Source: an uncultured Spirochaetota bacterium
GTDB taxonomy: Bacteria; Spirochaetota; Brevinematia; Brevinematales; JAOACQ01
Direction of reading: 5' to 3'
Length of the DNA: 64,000 nucleotides
Assembly (NCBI GenBank): GCA_963783575.1
Contig: CAWAOD010000018.1
Coordinates: 32,001-96,000 of the forward strand
This document shows, one piece after another, positions 31,136 through 41,324 of this stretch (position 1 is the stretch's first letter; each line of letters begins with the position of its first letter). A model generated the notes under the pieces. That model was not told the DNA's origin. It saw only the letters and a program-made list of their open reading frames with translations, and made no database searches. Both the position numbers and the translations under genes were made by a program.

Positions 31136-32881
31136 TTACTCAATATTATCGTTACTTGAAAATTCCGGATTTATGATGATATTTGTCTGGAAAGAACTTC
31201 GCTTTTTTTCATCAAAGCCGGAAACATTAAAGGATATATTTGTATTTTCATCATCAATTACGATAGTTACCGGTAATTCTAACTTTACTTCCTTGTTGAT
31301 TGGAATATCCGCTATAATATAATTGGTTATCCAGTTATAACCGGATATTTTTCTTGATTTATCATATTGAGCCTTATCCTTTTCAAGGATTGATCCGTTT
31401 ATTGTTATATTTATGACGACATTATAAGCGTTTGTTTCACCAAGGTTTTTGATTAAAATATTAGGTTTTAAGTTAGTAATCCATTCATTATTCAAATTTG
31501 TAATAATATCTGTTTCATTCGAATCTCTATTTGTATTAATATTAGAAATAAAATCAGTTATAAAGGTTTCTATTATTACCGGATTAAGAAAAGCGCCGGC
31601 TGTAAGCAGCGGCCTCAGCAATTTACCAGTTTCAATGGATAGAATATTTGTCACCGAATTGTGCATAATCATATCTTCGGCTATTACAAGAAAACCAGCC
31701 TTACCATTTTTCAAATCTTCTGCTGAATCAAATTTTAAAGAAAGATTTGTCGAGTACTTTGGAGGTAATAAGATATTACTTAATTGTGAAAATATTAGTC
31801 CCTGGCAATTTGATAATAAAGAAACAAAAATTCTGGTATTTTCAGCATAACCCCTTCCAGAATTTTTCAAATCAATGGAAATTTCCCCATGCTCTTCAGC
31901 ATTTATTTTATTTAATTCCTTTGTTTTAATTATTGAATTAATCGATAGTAGCGGAGGCTGAACCGATAGAGTAGGAATTTCAACAATAACCGGAGTGCTT
32001 TCCCTGAAGAAATTGGTTTCTTTGGCAGTAAATTTGATTATTGCCATACCATCTTTTGTATTTCTTTCCGCTTCAACAGGCAGTAAATATTCAATTTTAT
32101 CCCTTGCATCTATGTTAGTCTCTGGTATATTACCGATTTCAAGACCGTCACAATTAGACAATTTTTCAACTGTAACCGCGACATTACTCGCCCAAAACCC
32201 GCCTTTATTTTCAATTGTCAATTGAATAAATGCTTTTGCCGGGGCAATAAGTAAATTTTCATCACCCAAAATGTTTGAGGCTGATATTTCAAGAAACGGT
32301 TTTCTGGAAAGTAAGCGGTATTTATCAGGATTTTCGAGGGCAATTATTATATTCGAGTAATTCTTTATTAAAGCAATATCTAACGCAGTTGAATTGGTAG
32401 CAATACCCATATATTCCTTAACGCTTGTGTTTGTTATTGACGCTTCTTCCATTACCAAATATTTTACACCCAATGAATTTTCGTAAAATGAAAAATAATG
32501 GAGGGGGGTCCAGCCATATTTATCAAGGGCGTTGATATCCGCACCTTTTAAGATAAGATACTTCACAATATCGAGATTTCTCTTAATTGCTGAAAGATGA
32601 AGAGGAGTTGCCAGATTATCATCCTTGGCATTAACATCCGCGCCTTTACTGATAAGATAAGCGACAATTTTCAGGTTATTGTTCACACATGCCCAATGAA
32701 GCGGGGTTTTTCCTTTGTCGTACTTTGTATCTACCTTTGCCCCTTTTTCTATCAAAGCCTGTACTTCCTGAAGATTCCCTTTTACAACCGCAGATATCAG
32801 GTCTTTATTAATATTTCCAAATAAGAAATCTGAATACAATAATGTACCGGTAAGAACTAAAATCCCCCATTTTCTGAACAT
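31136..32881 (-). CDS. Exported ankyrin-repeat protein with C-terminal Ig-like (CARDB-like) domains
   Basis: Signal-like N-terminus MFRKWGILV; TPLH repeats; three I.N.G...A.N modules. Confidence 0.75.
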   Translation of the reverse strand: MFRKWGILVLTGTLLYSDFLFGNINKDLISAVVKGNLQEVQALIEKGAKVDTKYDKGKTPLHWACVNNNLKIVAYLISKGADVNAKDDNLATPLHLSAIKRNLDIVKYLILKGADINALDKYGWTPLHYFSFYENSLGVKYLVMEEASITNTSVKEYMGIATNSTALDIALIKNYSNIIIALENPDKYRLLSRKPFLEISASNILGDENLLIAPAKAFIQLTIENKGGFWASNVAVTVEKLSNCDGLEIGNIPETNIDARDKIEYLLPVEAERNTKDGMAIIKFTAKETNFFRESTPVIVEIPTLSVQPPLLSINSIIKTKELNKINAEEHGEISIDLKNSGRGYAENTRIFVSLLSNCQGLIFSQLSNILLPPKYSTNLSLKFDSAEDLKNGKAGFLVIAEDMIMHNSVTNILSIETGKLLRPLLTAGAFLNPVIIETFITDFISNINTNRDSNETDIITNLNNEWITNLKPNILIKNLGETNAYNVVINITINGSILEKDKAQYDKSRKISGYNWITNYIIADIPINKEVKLELPVTIVIDDENTNISFNVSGFDEKKRSSFQTNIIINPEFSSNDNIE

Positions 32882-33052
32882 AAATTTACTACCCCATCGC
32901 ACACTTGAAATATTACTATAGAAATAGTATATCATAATTTGAAATTTTTGTGTAATTTCAAAGCAACATGATGTTGCATCCAAATTTAAAACACAGCATA
33001 ATTCTACACTCTGATTAATAATGCTCTATAATTTTATTGCCAATCTTTCATT

Positions 33053-33074
33053 GGGTTGAGCATCATGCTCATTA
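33053..33074 (+). repeat. Dispersed palindrome, empty covariant copy GGGTTGAGCATCATGCTCATTA
   Basis: Stem TGAGCA/TGCTCA, loop TCA, same GGGT...TTA flanks; overlaps the stop codon at 33072. Confidence 0.7.
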
Positions 33075-35147
33075 AAAGTTGGCCTGAAGGAAAGCAGAAA
33101 GGTCATCATTTTTATTTTCGATAGAATCGGCCAATTTTCTATAATCTGTGACATATTTGATACCTACCTCAAAATCGGTGCTAAAAAGATATATTAATTT
33201 AAAGCAGTATTCATTTCCTATTCCATAATAAGGCGTCAAACCGAAATCTCCGGGATAAAGAGGCTCATCAATTGAAAACAAAGCCGAATAATAACTTGCA
33301 GCCCTGTAAGTATTCCAGATTCCTGTGATATTTATCCAATAAATCGGTTTAATAGATAATTTTAAGGTTAACATATTTCCCATCTCTTTTTTTGTAAAAT
33401 TCAACAGATCCTGCCATTTCAAAGTCAATAATAATTTTTCTTTAAATAATGTCAGGGTTGAATAAAGGTTCGATCTTAAATTATCACCATCGGAGAGACT
33501 ACTGTATTTTTCTTTTATTTCCATTTCCAATTTGTTAAAAAAATTATTATCAAACCCTAGTTTGGAATCAAGTTTTACCTGGTATCTTTCATCTATATAT
33601 GAATTTGTGATTTTTGTTGAAATATCAGCAAAAGCCTGTGCCTCAATAACATTAAAATCAAAACTAAATCCTGTAAAAAATCCCTTTGCGTTTTTTGAAT
33701 CATGGATAATGTCAGCAGCATTAGGAGCATTGTAATTTGTCTCAGAGTAGAACCCCAGAAGGGAAAAAGCAAGATATTCATATTGAAATATCAATCCCTG
33801 CAAGAATGAATACCCGCCGAACTTTGCAGCATCCCCATATATATTTAAACTGTCAAATATGAAGCTGTCATAATAGAATTCCAAGCCTGTATCGTTAAAC
33901 TTATTATCATATCGCACCTGCCTTGCTGCCGTTAATCCAATTGCCGTATTCCCAAGAGGGATTTTGAAAAGAAGGTTGCCGCCATAATCCTGTTGATTGG
34001 TAATTTTATGATAATCATCATTATCAAAATATGAATAAAAACCTGTTATCCTGGGTTCCGGATTAAATCCAAATATCTCAAGACCGGAAGGAAAACAACT
34101 AAAACCGGCCCCATTAAATAAATCCCTGATTTTATTATTATCAGAATCAAAAGAGAGGCTGTAATAGGGCTCTATCCCGCTGTCATGCTTTTTAACAGGA
34201 ACCTGGTCAATATCAGACAAAGGTGGTATAAATGAAGGACCGAAAAGGAGATTATGCCCAAAGGTCAATTTAAATTGTCCGCCGATCAATTTAATATTAT
34301 CGGTATGATATTCTATATTATACCTTGAATTCCGGTAAGCATCGTCCCAATTGGCATAAGGAAGATAATTTGAAATGGTTTGAGCCGCAAAATATAAATT
34401 GATATTCTTAAACTGTAGATTAAACTTATAAGTATAAGTATCGACTGAATTATTATTATTTGTAGATTGATTGGATAATTTTAGAGCCTTTGTTCCATCA
34501 TAACTTAAAAATGAATTTAATATAAATCCCTTTTCTTCCGAAGGTTTGATTGTTATAAACGGAGAAATTGCAAGTAATTCATCCCTTGATATGCCTGCAT
34601 TTGTCAGATCAAACAATCCGCCGAACTCTGTTCTATTTCTGTATTCCTTTATCCTGTTTGCTTTAATCATATCCATTCCCGGAAGTTCTGCAATATATTT
34701 AACAGAAGCCGAATTCAAATTAAGAGGACTTATCAAAAAATCATTATAATACTCAAATTTTTCAAGTTCATCCTCATCATCGATATTCTGAATAATATCC
34801 TCCGATTTAAGCCGGCTGCTTTCTATATAAAAATAAGTTTGCAAAATCGATACTTCATTTTCAATAAAACCGGCTGAGTACAATTCATTAAAGCCTGATA
34901 TCTCTCCATGAATATTACGGAATTTTGTAAGACCATCGGCAAGATTTTCACTTAAACCTATTATTTTAAAGAATCTTTTTAAAGGCTCGATCCGAATTTT
35001 ATTTAAGTTCCTTTTTTCACCGGTAAAAAATAAATAATAATCATGATCTGATATTTGATTGGTATTTATTTCGACAGAATTTTGACAAAATAATTGTATC
35101 GGAAAGATTAAAAACCCAATAATTAAGATTTTATAATAATTTTTCAT
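33072..35147 (-). CDS. Helix-hairpin-helix (ComEA-like) domain protein with probable outer-membrane beta-barrel
   Basis: LNLNSAS..IAELPGM...A.RI..YR HhH; aromatic-rich strands; C-terminal Phe. Confidence 0.7.
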   Translation of the reverse strand: MKNYYKILIIGFLIFPIQLFCQNSVEINTNQISDHDYYLFFTGEKRNLNKIRIEPLKRFFKIIGLSENLADGLTKFRNIHGEISGFNELYSAGFIENEVSILQTYFYIESSRLKSEDIIQNIDDEDELEKFEYYNDFLISPLNLNSASVKYIAELPGMDMIKANRIKEYRNRTEFGGLFDLTNAGISRDELLAISPFITIKPSEEKGFILNSFLSYDGTKALKLSNQSTNNNNSVDTYTYKFNLQFKNINLYFAAQTISNYLPYANWDDAYRNSRYNIEYHTDNIKLIGGQFKLTFGHNLLFGPSFIPPLSDIDQVPVKKHDSGIEPYYSLSFDSDNNKIRDLFNGAGFSCFPSGLEIFGFNPEPRITGFYSYFDNDDYHKITNQQDYGGNLLFKIPLGNTAIGLTAARQVRYDNKFNDTGLEFYYDSFIFDSLNIYGDAAKFGGYSFLQGLIFQYEYLAFSLLGFYSETNYNAPNAADIIHDSKNAKGFFTGFSFDFNVIEAQAFADISTKITNSYIDERYQVKLDSKLGFDNNFFNKLEMEIKEKYSSLSDGDNLRSNLYSTLTLFKEKLLLTLKWQDLLNFTKKEMGNMLTLKLSIKPIYWINITGIWNTYRAASYYSALFSIDEPLYPGDFGLTPYYGIGNEYCFKLIYLFSTDFEVGIKYVTDYRKLADSIENKNDDLSAFLQANF

Positions 35148-35181
35148 TATTAAATAGTTATTAAATAATACCGGTTTATTA

Positions 35182-35394
35182 TCAGCTCTGGATTTTACTC
35201 TGCATTATCCCATTGCGAATGGATTTTCCTAGAAAAAGGCTGAATTTATCCTCAATCTCTTTTGTCCTGTCTTTCACAACCATCTTGTTTCCAGAATTGA
35301 AAAGAATTACCGTATCGGGTGTTTCTTCCAAAAATTCAACAAGAAATGGGTTTATCATTATTTTTTTCCCATTTAGCCGGGTTACTTCTACCAT
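35182..35394 (-). CDS. flbD: Flagellar protein FlbD/SwrD
   Basis: V.VTRLNG....NP...E..EETPDT.I....G.K..VK; follows flgE. Confidence 0.9.
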   Translation of the reverse strand: MVEVTRLNGKKIMINPFLVEFLEETPDTVILFNSGNKMVVKDRTKEIEDKFSLFLGKSIRNGIMQSKIQS

Positions 35395-35415
35395 AAATTT
35401 CTCCTGTAATTAAAA

Positions 35416-35457
35416 AGGCGATAATTTGCATATAAATATATATGCAAATTATCGCCT
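35416..35457 (-). terminator. 19-bp perfect hairpin with T-tract after flgE
   Basis: AGGCGATAATTTGCATATA/TATATGCAAATTATCGCCT. Confidence 0.75.
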
Positions 35458-35478
35458 GAAAAGTTCAATAACTGAATT

Positions 35479-36843
35479 TTATCTCTTCAATGAAAGTATT
35501 TCCTGAAGCATTGCATCGGAAGTTGTGATTACCCTGGAATTTGCCTGAAAGCCCCTTTCAGTAATAATCATATCGGTAAATGTTTCTGAGAGATCAACAT
35601 TGCTCATTTCAAGTACGCCGGCATTCAGCTTGCCTCTTCCCTGAGTACCCGCGGCGCCAATATTGGCCATACCGGAATTATTGGATTCTGTATATAGACT
35701 TTCGCCTTCTTTCACAAGCCCCATCGGGTTTACAAAAGCCGCAATTGCAACCTGTCCTATAGTTCTTCGTTCTCCATTGGAATAGGAACCGGTTATTGTG
35801 CCCGAATCGTCAATTTTAAAGCCTTCAAGGTATGACATCTCATAACCGTCCTGGAAATAAGCATGGGTTGTGGTCGGAGAACTGAATTGAGTGATTGAAT
35901 CCTTAACTTGTCCCGATGTACCGATATCCAAATTAAAGTTCCTTGTCTCACCGTCAGGAAGGGTATAAACGACATTTGCCGTAAGCTGCCCCTGAGCAGA
36001 AGTCTGAGGATTTGCCCCATTCGCTTCCGTGATTGAGGCAAGCGTTCCATTGGTATTAAAATTCAGCCTCATCTCATTATTTGTATCAATTTTGGCCCCG
36101 CCTATATTTAATTTTATGTTGTTGGCATTTATTCCATCGATGGTAACATTTGCCCTCCATTGATTTAATGCCTCTTTTCTGAAATTAATCACCATCCTTC
36201 TTTTAGTACCATACCTGTCAACTACATCGATACTTGTGGAATGAGTATTCTGTAGCAGCTCATCCTGTGTTGGATTAGGTCCGAGAATCGGAGTATCAAG
36301 ATTAAGATTGCTTTTTAATTTCACATTTGATGTTTCCCTAGCCTCAAGTTTTTCCATCAGAGGAATTTTCAAATCTTCAAGCGGAGCAGAAGGATTGATT
36401 ATTCTATCACCATTCTGAAGTGTAACGGCATTCCATCCCTGAACCTTCATCCCATTGGGATTAACAAACGTCCCATCATTATCAAGCAGAAAATTCCCTG
36501 AACGCGTATAGAAAGTCCTATCCCCAAGTTTCACCGTAAAAAAGCCCTCTCCGGCAATTGCCATATCGGTATTTTTCCCTGTCGTCTGTAAACTACCCTG
36601 GTTCATCAAGGTATCGATGCTTGATACTGTCATCCCCAATCCGACCTGCATCGGATTCAAGCCGCCCCGTTCATCGGTCGGTTTCGCAGCCCCGGTTAGT
36701 GTTTGAGAAAGAATGTCCTGAAATGTAACCCTTCCCTTTTTAAAACCTGTAGTATTAACATTTGCGACATTATTACCGATCACATCCATTCTCGTCTGAT
36801 GGTTTTGCAGTCCTGAAACTGCGGAAAAAAGCGATCGCATCAT
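35479..36843 (-). CDS. flgE: Flagellar hook protein FlgE
   Basis: MMRSLFSAVSGL..HQTRMDVIGNN.ANVNT.GFK; YTR.GNF; LEMSNVDL. Confidence 0.96.
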   Translation of the reverse strand: MMRSLFSAVSGLQNHQTRMDVIGNNVANVNTTGFKKGRVTFQDILSQTLTGAAKPTDERGGLNPMQVGLGMTVSSIDTLMNQGSLQTTGKNTDMAIAGEGFFTVKLGDRTFYTRSGNFLLDNDGTFVNPNGMKVQGWNAVTLQNGDRIINPSAPLEDLKIPLMEKLEARETSNVKLKSNLNLDTPILGPNPTQDELLQNTHSTSIDVVDRYGTKRRMVINFRKEALNQWRANVTIDGINANNIKLNIGGAKIDTNNEMRLNFNTNGTLASITEANGANPQTSAQGQLTANVVYTLPDGETRNFNLDIGTSGQVKDSITQFSSPTTTHAYFQDGYEMSYLEGFKIDDSGTITGSYSNGERRTIGQVAIAAFVNPMGLVKEGESLYTESNNSGMANIGAAGTQGRGKLNAGVLEMSNVDLSETFTDMIITERGFQANSRVITTSDAMLQEILSLKR

Positions 36844-36862
36844 AGATTTTACTCTCCTCGAT

Positions 36863-37378
36863 TTATTCAATTATTTCACTAAGCGACTTTGCATCGGTAG
36901 AACCACTATCGGATGTTTTGTTACTGTTTAAGGTATCCCGCACCTCCTGAACCTGGTTCAACATAATATCATTCCCATCAATATTTATAAAAGTATCTCC
37001 ATTTTTTACCTTGATGCTTTGAACTATGCCGCTGCCTGACTTCCCGTTATCATCAGTCCAGGATACGGTTTTATTAACCAAACCTACAGCTTTTGTAAAA
37101 GAAAATTCCTTTGTAAGATTTTTGATATTATCAGTCAATTCATTCATCTGCTTTAAAGATGTGAATTGAGCCATCTGTCCAATAAATTCCTTGTCATCCA
37201 GAGGCTTAGTTGGATCCTGAGACTTCAGCTGAGTAATAAGAAGTTTCATAAAATCCGCTTCACCCAGAGAATTTTTGCTGACAATCTTCTGGCTTTCTTT
37301 TAATTTTGAATTGAATTCATCGATTTTGTAATTCATCTGCGTCATTTCCTGAGGGGTTATCTGCGTATTTATCGTCAT
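36863..37378 (-). CDS. flgD: Hook capping protein FlgD
   Basis: DFMKLLITQLK.QDP..P.D..EFI.QMAQFTSL. Confidence 0.95.
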   Translation of the reverse strand: MTINTQITPQEMTQMNYKIDEFNSKLKESQKIVSKNSLGEADFMKLLITQLKSQDPTKPLDDKEFIGQMAQFTSLKQMNELTDNIKNLTKEFSFTKAVGLVNKTVSWTDDNGKSGSGIVQSIKVKNGDTFINIDGNDIMLNQVQEVRDTLNSNKTSDSGSTDAKSLSEIIE

Positions 37379-37418
37379 AAAACACTCCTACTTTTTTTCA
37401 ATAATCTACTACCTTACA

Positions 37419-38756
37419 TCAAGCCAGATAATTTATGCTCGATTCGAATAGTTTTCCACCAATGAAGACTTTATCAGAATCGCTATTTTCAATTATTACC
37501 TCATCAATGCCGTTTGAACCTGCGCTGAAGGCATTTGAATCACTGCCATGCTCATTTGTTCCCTGCTGGCCTAAACTGACATCCAGGTGCGCCAGATTAA
37601 TCCCAGCTTGCTGAAGTGCCCTCTGCAAATCACCAAGATTCTGATCAAATAACATTTTTGCCTCCGGAGTAGAAACAACAATTTTCCCGATCAACTGACC
37701 GTCTTCAAGATTGAATTTCATATTCATCCTGCCAAGCTCAGGCGGGATAAGATTCATCTTTAATTCACTTTTACCGTCCCGGAGAGTAATAACTGCCTTC
37801 CCTGTAATATTCTGCATCATTGCTTCCAGATTTACCTTACTAATACTATTAGTATAGCCGGCATAGATCTTTACTGCAGCCTGGTCTCCCTGTTTGACAT
37901 TCTGAAAAAAATCACTTTTCTGTTTAACAATATCATTATTATCTTTTTCATTAGTCTTTTGTAAGATACTCTCGATTTTCCTATCAATTTTTGCATTACC
38001 TGAATTTGACGGTTGAACTGTTTTTTCTTCTTTTAATGTTTCTTTAGAAACAGACATTTTATTTTTGACATCATTTTGTACAAAGCTCAGGTTTTGACCT
38101 TTTTTTTCACTATCAGATCTTTTATCTATTACCTTAACTTTTTCTTCAGTAATAACAGGATCTTTATCATTTTGTTTATTTTGTAAATTTTGATTTATTT
38201 CATTTTTATTTTCCTCAACTTTTATAGAAACTATAATATTTTTCCCTTTATCAGAAACTTCTTTAATTTCATCCAGTTTTTTTGAAAAAACATCCAGCTT
38301 TTTTAATAACGCCGAATGATCCGTTTGGGTGTTTTTTAAAAGTTCTGATATTTGAATTAATATTTGATTTATTAATGTTGAATAATCAATTCCATCTTTA
38401 TTTGAACTTAAACTGTTTTTTTTATCATCAATTTTAATATTAGCAATCAAAAGTTTAATCTTTTCCAGTAATGCTGTTATCTCTTCCAGCGGAAGTTCGC
38501 CGTTGCTTTTATTTGTTTCCAGCCCCTTGATATCTTTTTCGATATTTTCAATTTTATCAACCGCATCTTTTAATTTTATTGGAACTTTTACTTCTCTATT
38601 TTTCGATTTATCCCGGATATCTTTTAAAACATCATTAAATTTTATACTTTCTTTATTAGTATCGTTTTTTTGGGTATTGCTAAAATTAAATGTACTATTT
38701 TCATTTAAATTTTTATTTTCTACTGAAAAATAAGGAAATAATTTATTAAACATCAT
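37419..38756 (-). CDS. fliK: Hook-length control protein FliK
   Basis: C-terminal L.PPELG...L...L...G domain; low-complexity N-terminus; upstream of flgD. Confidence 0.85.
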   Translation of the reverse strand: MMFNKLFPYFSVENKNLNENSTFNFSNTQKNDTNKESIKFNDVLKDIRDKSKNREVKVPIKLKDAVDKIENIEKDIKGLETNKSNGELPLEEITALLEKIKLLIANIKIDDKKNSLSSNKDGIDYSTLINQILIQISELLKNTQTDHSALLKKLDVFSKKLDEIKEVSDKGKNIIVSIKVEENKNEINQNLQNKQNDKDPVITEEKVKVIDKRSDSEKKGQNLSFVQNDVKNKMSVSKETLKEEKTVQPSNSGNAKIDRKIESILQKTNEKDNNDIVKQKSDFFQNVKQGDQAAVKIYAGYTNSISKVNLEAMMQNITGKAVITLRDGKSELKMNLIPPELGRMNMKFNLEDGQLIGKIVVSTPEAKMLFDQNLGDLQRALQQAGINLAHLDVSLGQQGTNEHGSDSNAFSAGSNGIDEVIIENSDSDKVFIGGKLFESSINYLA

Positions 38757-38835
38757 TTAATTCTCCCGATAGAGTTTCCAATTATGATTTTCGGTTGTTT
38801 TTTAAAAAATATAATAAATAAACAACCGAAATATT

Positions 38836-38864
38836 TTATCGGGCATTTATGAAATTAAAATTTA
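38836..38864 (-). promoter_or_regulatory. Possible sigma-28 promoter of the fliK operon
   Basis: TAAA-N17-CCCGATAA on the minus strand; spacing is longer than the canonical N15. Confidence 0.3.
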
Positions 38865-38872
38865 GATTTTAA

Positions 38873-39054
38873 CCGACCGAGAATGGATGCGCAATGAAAG
38901 CTTTAGCCACATGACATAAAGACAGTGGCGAACGCAAGTCCGCCAAGCCCAAGCCACATAAGGCACACGGACGTGCCATGAGAACCGCCCTATAGCCAAA
39001 CAGGCCGCCGAATGTTAGTCCGGGCGAGCGATGTCACAAGGGCAAGCTTGTTAA
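38873..39054 (+). repeat. GC-rich composite palindromic element (expanded copy)
   Basis: Starts CCGACCGAGAA, ends GCAAGCTTGTTAA as in other copies; internal hairpins such as GGCAC..GTGCC. Confidence 0.55.
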
Positions 39055-39536
39055 GACAGGTTTTCATCGGAACTTTTCATATTTGATTTGATAAGATATT
39101 CCCTCAGGGCTTCTTTCAACATTTTATCTTCAATTATATTAATTGTTTCATCAATTATTTTTATCTTTTCATTATCAATTTTAAAATCACTTGAAATTTC
39201 ATTCTTGATTTCGTTTTTTTTTATTTCACCGTTTTTAAATTTCATCTTCTGGAATATATTTTTAAATTTTTCTTCTTTGATTTGATGATAAATATTCTCT
39301 TTAATTTCATCTTTTTGCAGAGTCAATTCCTGTATCCAGATGGAATCATCTACATTTACAATTAATATACCATTCCTTAATGCCATAGGATAAGAATGGT
39401 TGGCAATGCCTGTACCGACGATATTTATCCAATCATTCCGGAGTCTGACAAGAAACAATTCTTTTTCCGGAATTTTAAAGTCAACATATTTTCTAATGCC
39501 GGAACTTAAAAACCTAATCTCCTTAAATTTCTTCAT
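39051..39536 (-). CDS. dciA: DUF721/DciA helicase-loader family protein
   Basis: W..IVG..IA.HS.P....NG.L.V.V..S.W.QEL. Confidence 0.8.
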   Translation of the reverse strand: MKKFKEIRFLSSGIRKYVDFKIPEKELFLVRLRNDWINIVGTGIANHSYPMALRNGILIVNVDDSIWIQELTLQKDEIKENIYHQIKEEKFKNIFQKMKFKNGEIKKNEIKNEISSDFKIDNEKIKIIDETINIIEDKMLKEALREYLIKSNMKSSDENLS

Positions 39537-39725
39537 AAAAAATTATATCATATAGAAACGTATGGTTCAATAATTTTATTATTCAGATGTTTATGTTGAC
39601 TTATTGAAGTCTATTGTATAACTTTAAACAATCTATAAACATTCAGCGGATAAACATCTGGTTTGATTTTTTATTGAAGCATAAGCTTCTATATGGTATA
39701 ATTAATAAATTTATAAGGAGAATTT

Positions 39726-41069
39726 ATGAAAAATGGGCTTCCAGTTGTTGCAATAGTAGGACGTCCAAACACAGGAAAATCTTCGTTGTTTAATTTATTG
39801 TTAGGTGAGAGAAAATCTATAGTGGATGAAATGGAAGGAGTCACAAGGGATATAAATATCGGAAAGGTTGTTACATCTCATGCAACTTTTTATTTATATG
39901 ATACCGCAGGATATCTTGAAAAGGGTGATACTTTTAACACTCTGGTTCAGAAGAAAGTTAAACAGGCAATAGAAGATACGGAACTTGTTTTATTTGTGGT
40001 AGATGGAAGAAATTATCATCCGTTGGATGAGGATCTTGCTTTATTTTTAAAGAAGCAGAATAAAAAAGTTAAGATAATCGCAAACAAACTTGATAACCGT
40101 GATATGGAATCACGAGCCGTTGAATTCTATCAGCTCGGATTTGAAGATATTATACCATTTTCAGTTATGCATAAAAGAGGATATAATACACTTATTGATA
40201 ATATAGAAGATAATCTTGAAAATATCCAGCTAGCAGAGGATTCTGATAATCTTGAAATAAGGATTTCCATTGTTGGAAAGCCCAATGTAGGGAAGTCACA
40301 GCTGCTGAATACAATACTCGGATATGACAGAAGTATTGTATCGGAAATACCTGGGACTACAAGGGATTCACTGGATGATATTTTTAATTTTGAAGGTAAT
40401 ACAATCCGGCTTATAGATACTGCCGGATTAAGAAGAAAATCTAAAATAGAAGGAGATATTGAATATTACAGCAATGTCAGAACGGCAGATGCAATTGAAC
40501 GGAGTCATGTAGTAATACAGCTTCTGGATGCAGGTGAACCATTATCTCAGCAAGATAAAAGAATTCTTGATACTGTACTGGAAAAGGGCAGAGGGCTTGT
40601 ACTTGCGGTCAATAAATGGGATTTGATAAAGCAAAGCAGCAATGAAAATTATTTGATGATGGAAGAATATAAACGCTTGATTTATAAAGAAATACCAACT
40701 TATAGTTTCGTCCCGGTTGAATTCGTATCAGCAATAAAAAATTACAGGGTTAACAAATTACTGGAAACTGCTTTAAGAGTATATAAAGATTATACTTACA
40801 GAGTTCCAACCGGAAAACTTAATGAATGGCTTACTAGGGAAGTCAGGGAAAGTAATGAAAGAAAACCTGTATCGAATTTAAAAGTTTATTATGCAACCCA
40901 AATTTTTGCCAAACCGCCTAAATTCGCATTTTTTATTAACAGTAAGAAGTTTCTGCGAAAAGATTATCCCCGTTTTCTTGAAAATAAAATCAGGGTTGCT
41001 TTTGAATTTTTTGGAGTACCTATAAAAATAATATTTAAAGAAAAAGAAAAAAATCGAAAAATCAAATAA
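39726..41069 (+). CDS. der: Ribosome biogenesis GTPase Der
   Basis: Two G domains (GRPNTGKS, GKPNVGKS; TRD; DTAG) and KH-like C-terminus. Confidence 0.96.
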   Translation: MKNGLPVVAIVGRPNTGKSSLFNLLLGERKSIVDEMEGVTRDINIGKVVTSHATFYLYDTAGYLEKGDTFNTLVQKKVKQAIEDTELVLFVVDGRNYHPLDEDLALFLKKQNKKVKIIANKLDNRDMESRAVEFYQLGFEDIIPFSVMHKRGYNTLIDNIEDNLENIQLAEDSDNLEIRISIVGKPNVGKSQLLNTILGYDRSIVSEIPGTTRDSLDDIFNFEGNTIRLIDTAGLRRKSKIEGDIEYYSNVRTADAIERSHVVIQLLDAGEPLSQQDKRILDTVLEKGRGLVLAVNKWDLIKQSSNENYLMMEEYKRLIYKEIPTYSFVPVEFVSAIKNYRVNKLLETALRVYKDYTYRVPTGKLNEWLTREVRESNERKPVSNLKVYYATQIFAKPPKFAFFINSKKFLRKDYPRFLENKIRVAFEFFGVPIKIIFKEKEKNRKIK

Positions 41070-41105
41070 TTGTTTATATATCGAATTGATAATAAGGAGG
41101 GCATT

Positions 41106-41324
41106 ATGCCAGTAAAGAAGGGAACAACTGTTAAAAGCGGTACTACGGGGACATCCGGAACAAGAAAAAAGGCTGAGAAACCAGAACTGCACAAATTCCT
41201 TAACGAAATTGAAAAAAGGGCTTATGAAATCTATCTTGAAAGAAAAAAGAACGGAATTTCCGGCGATGAAATGTCTGATTGGTTGAAAGCAGAGAACGAG
41301 ATCAAAGTCAAGTATGGTATTTAA
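41106..41324 (+). CDS. DUF2934 family small protein
   Basis: I.KRAYEI...R...G....DW.KAE.E; strong RBS AAGGAGG. Confidence 0.8.
   Translation: MPVKKGTTVKSGTTGTSGTRKKAEKPELHKFLNEIEKRAYEIYLERKKNGISGDEMSDWLKAENEIKVKYGI

Noticed and set aside
38868..39056. Integron attC interpretation of the TAACAAGC...GTTA elements
   Set aside because: The ends resemble R''/R', but L boxes do not pair convincingly, the flanking genes are housekeeping and no integrase is present.
39674..39693. GAAGCATAAGCTTC as another palindrome copy
   Set aside because: Only a 5-bp stem and the flanks differ; could be chance or part of the der promoter.
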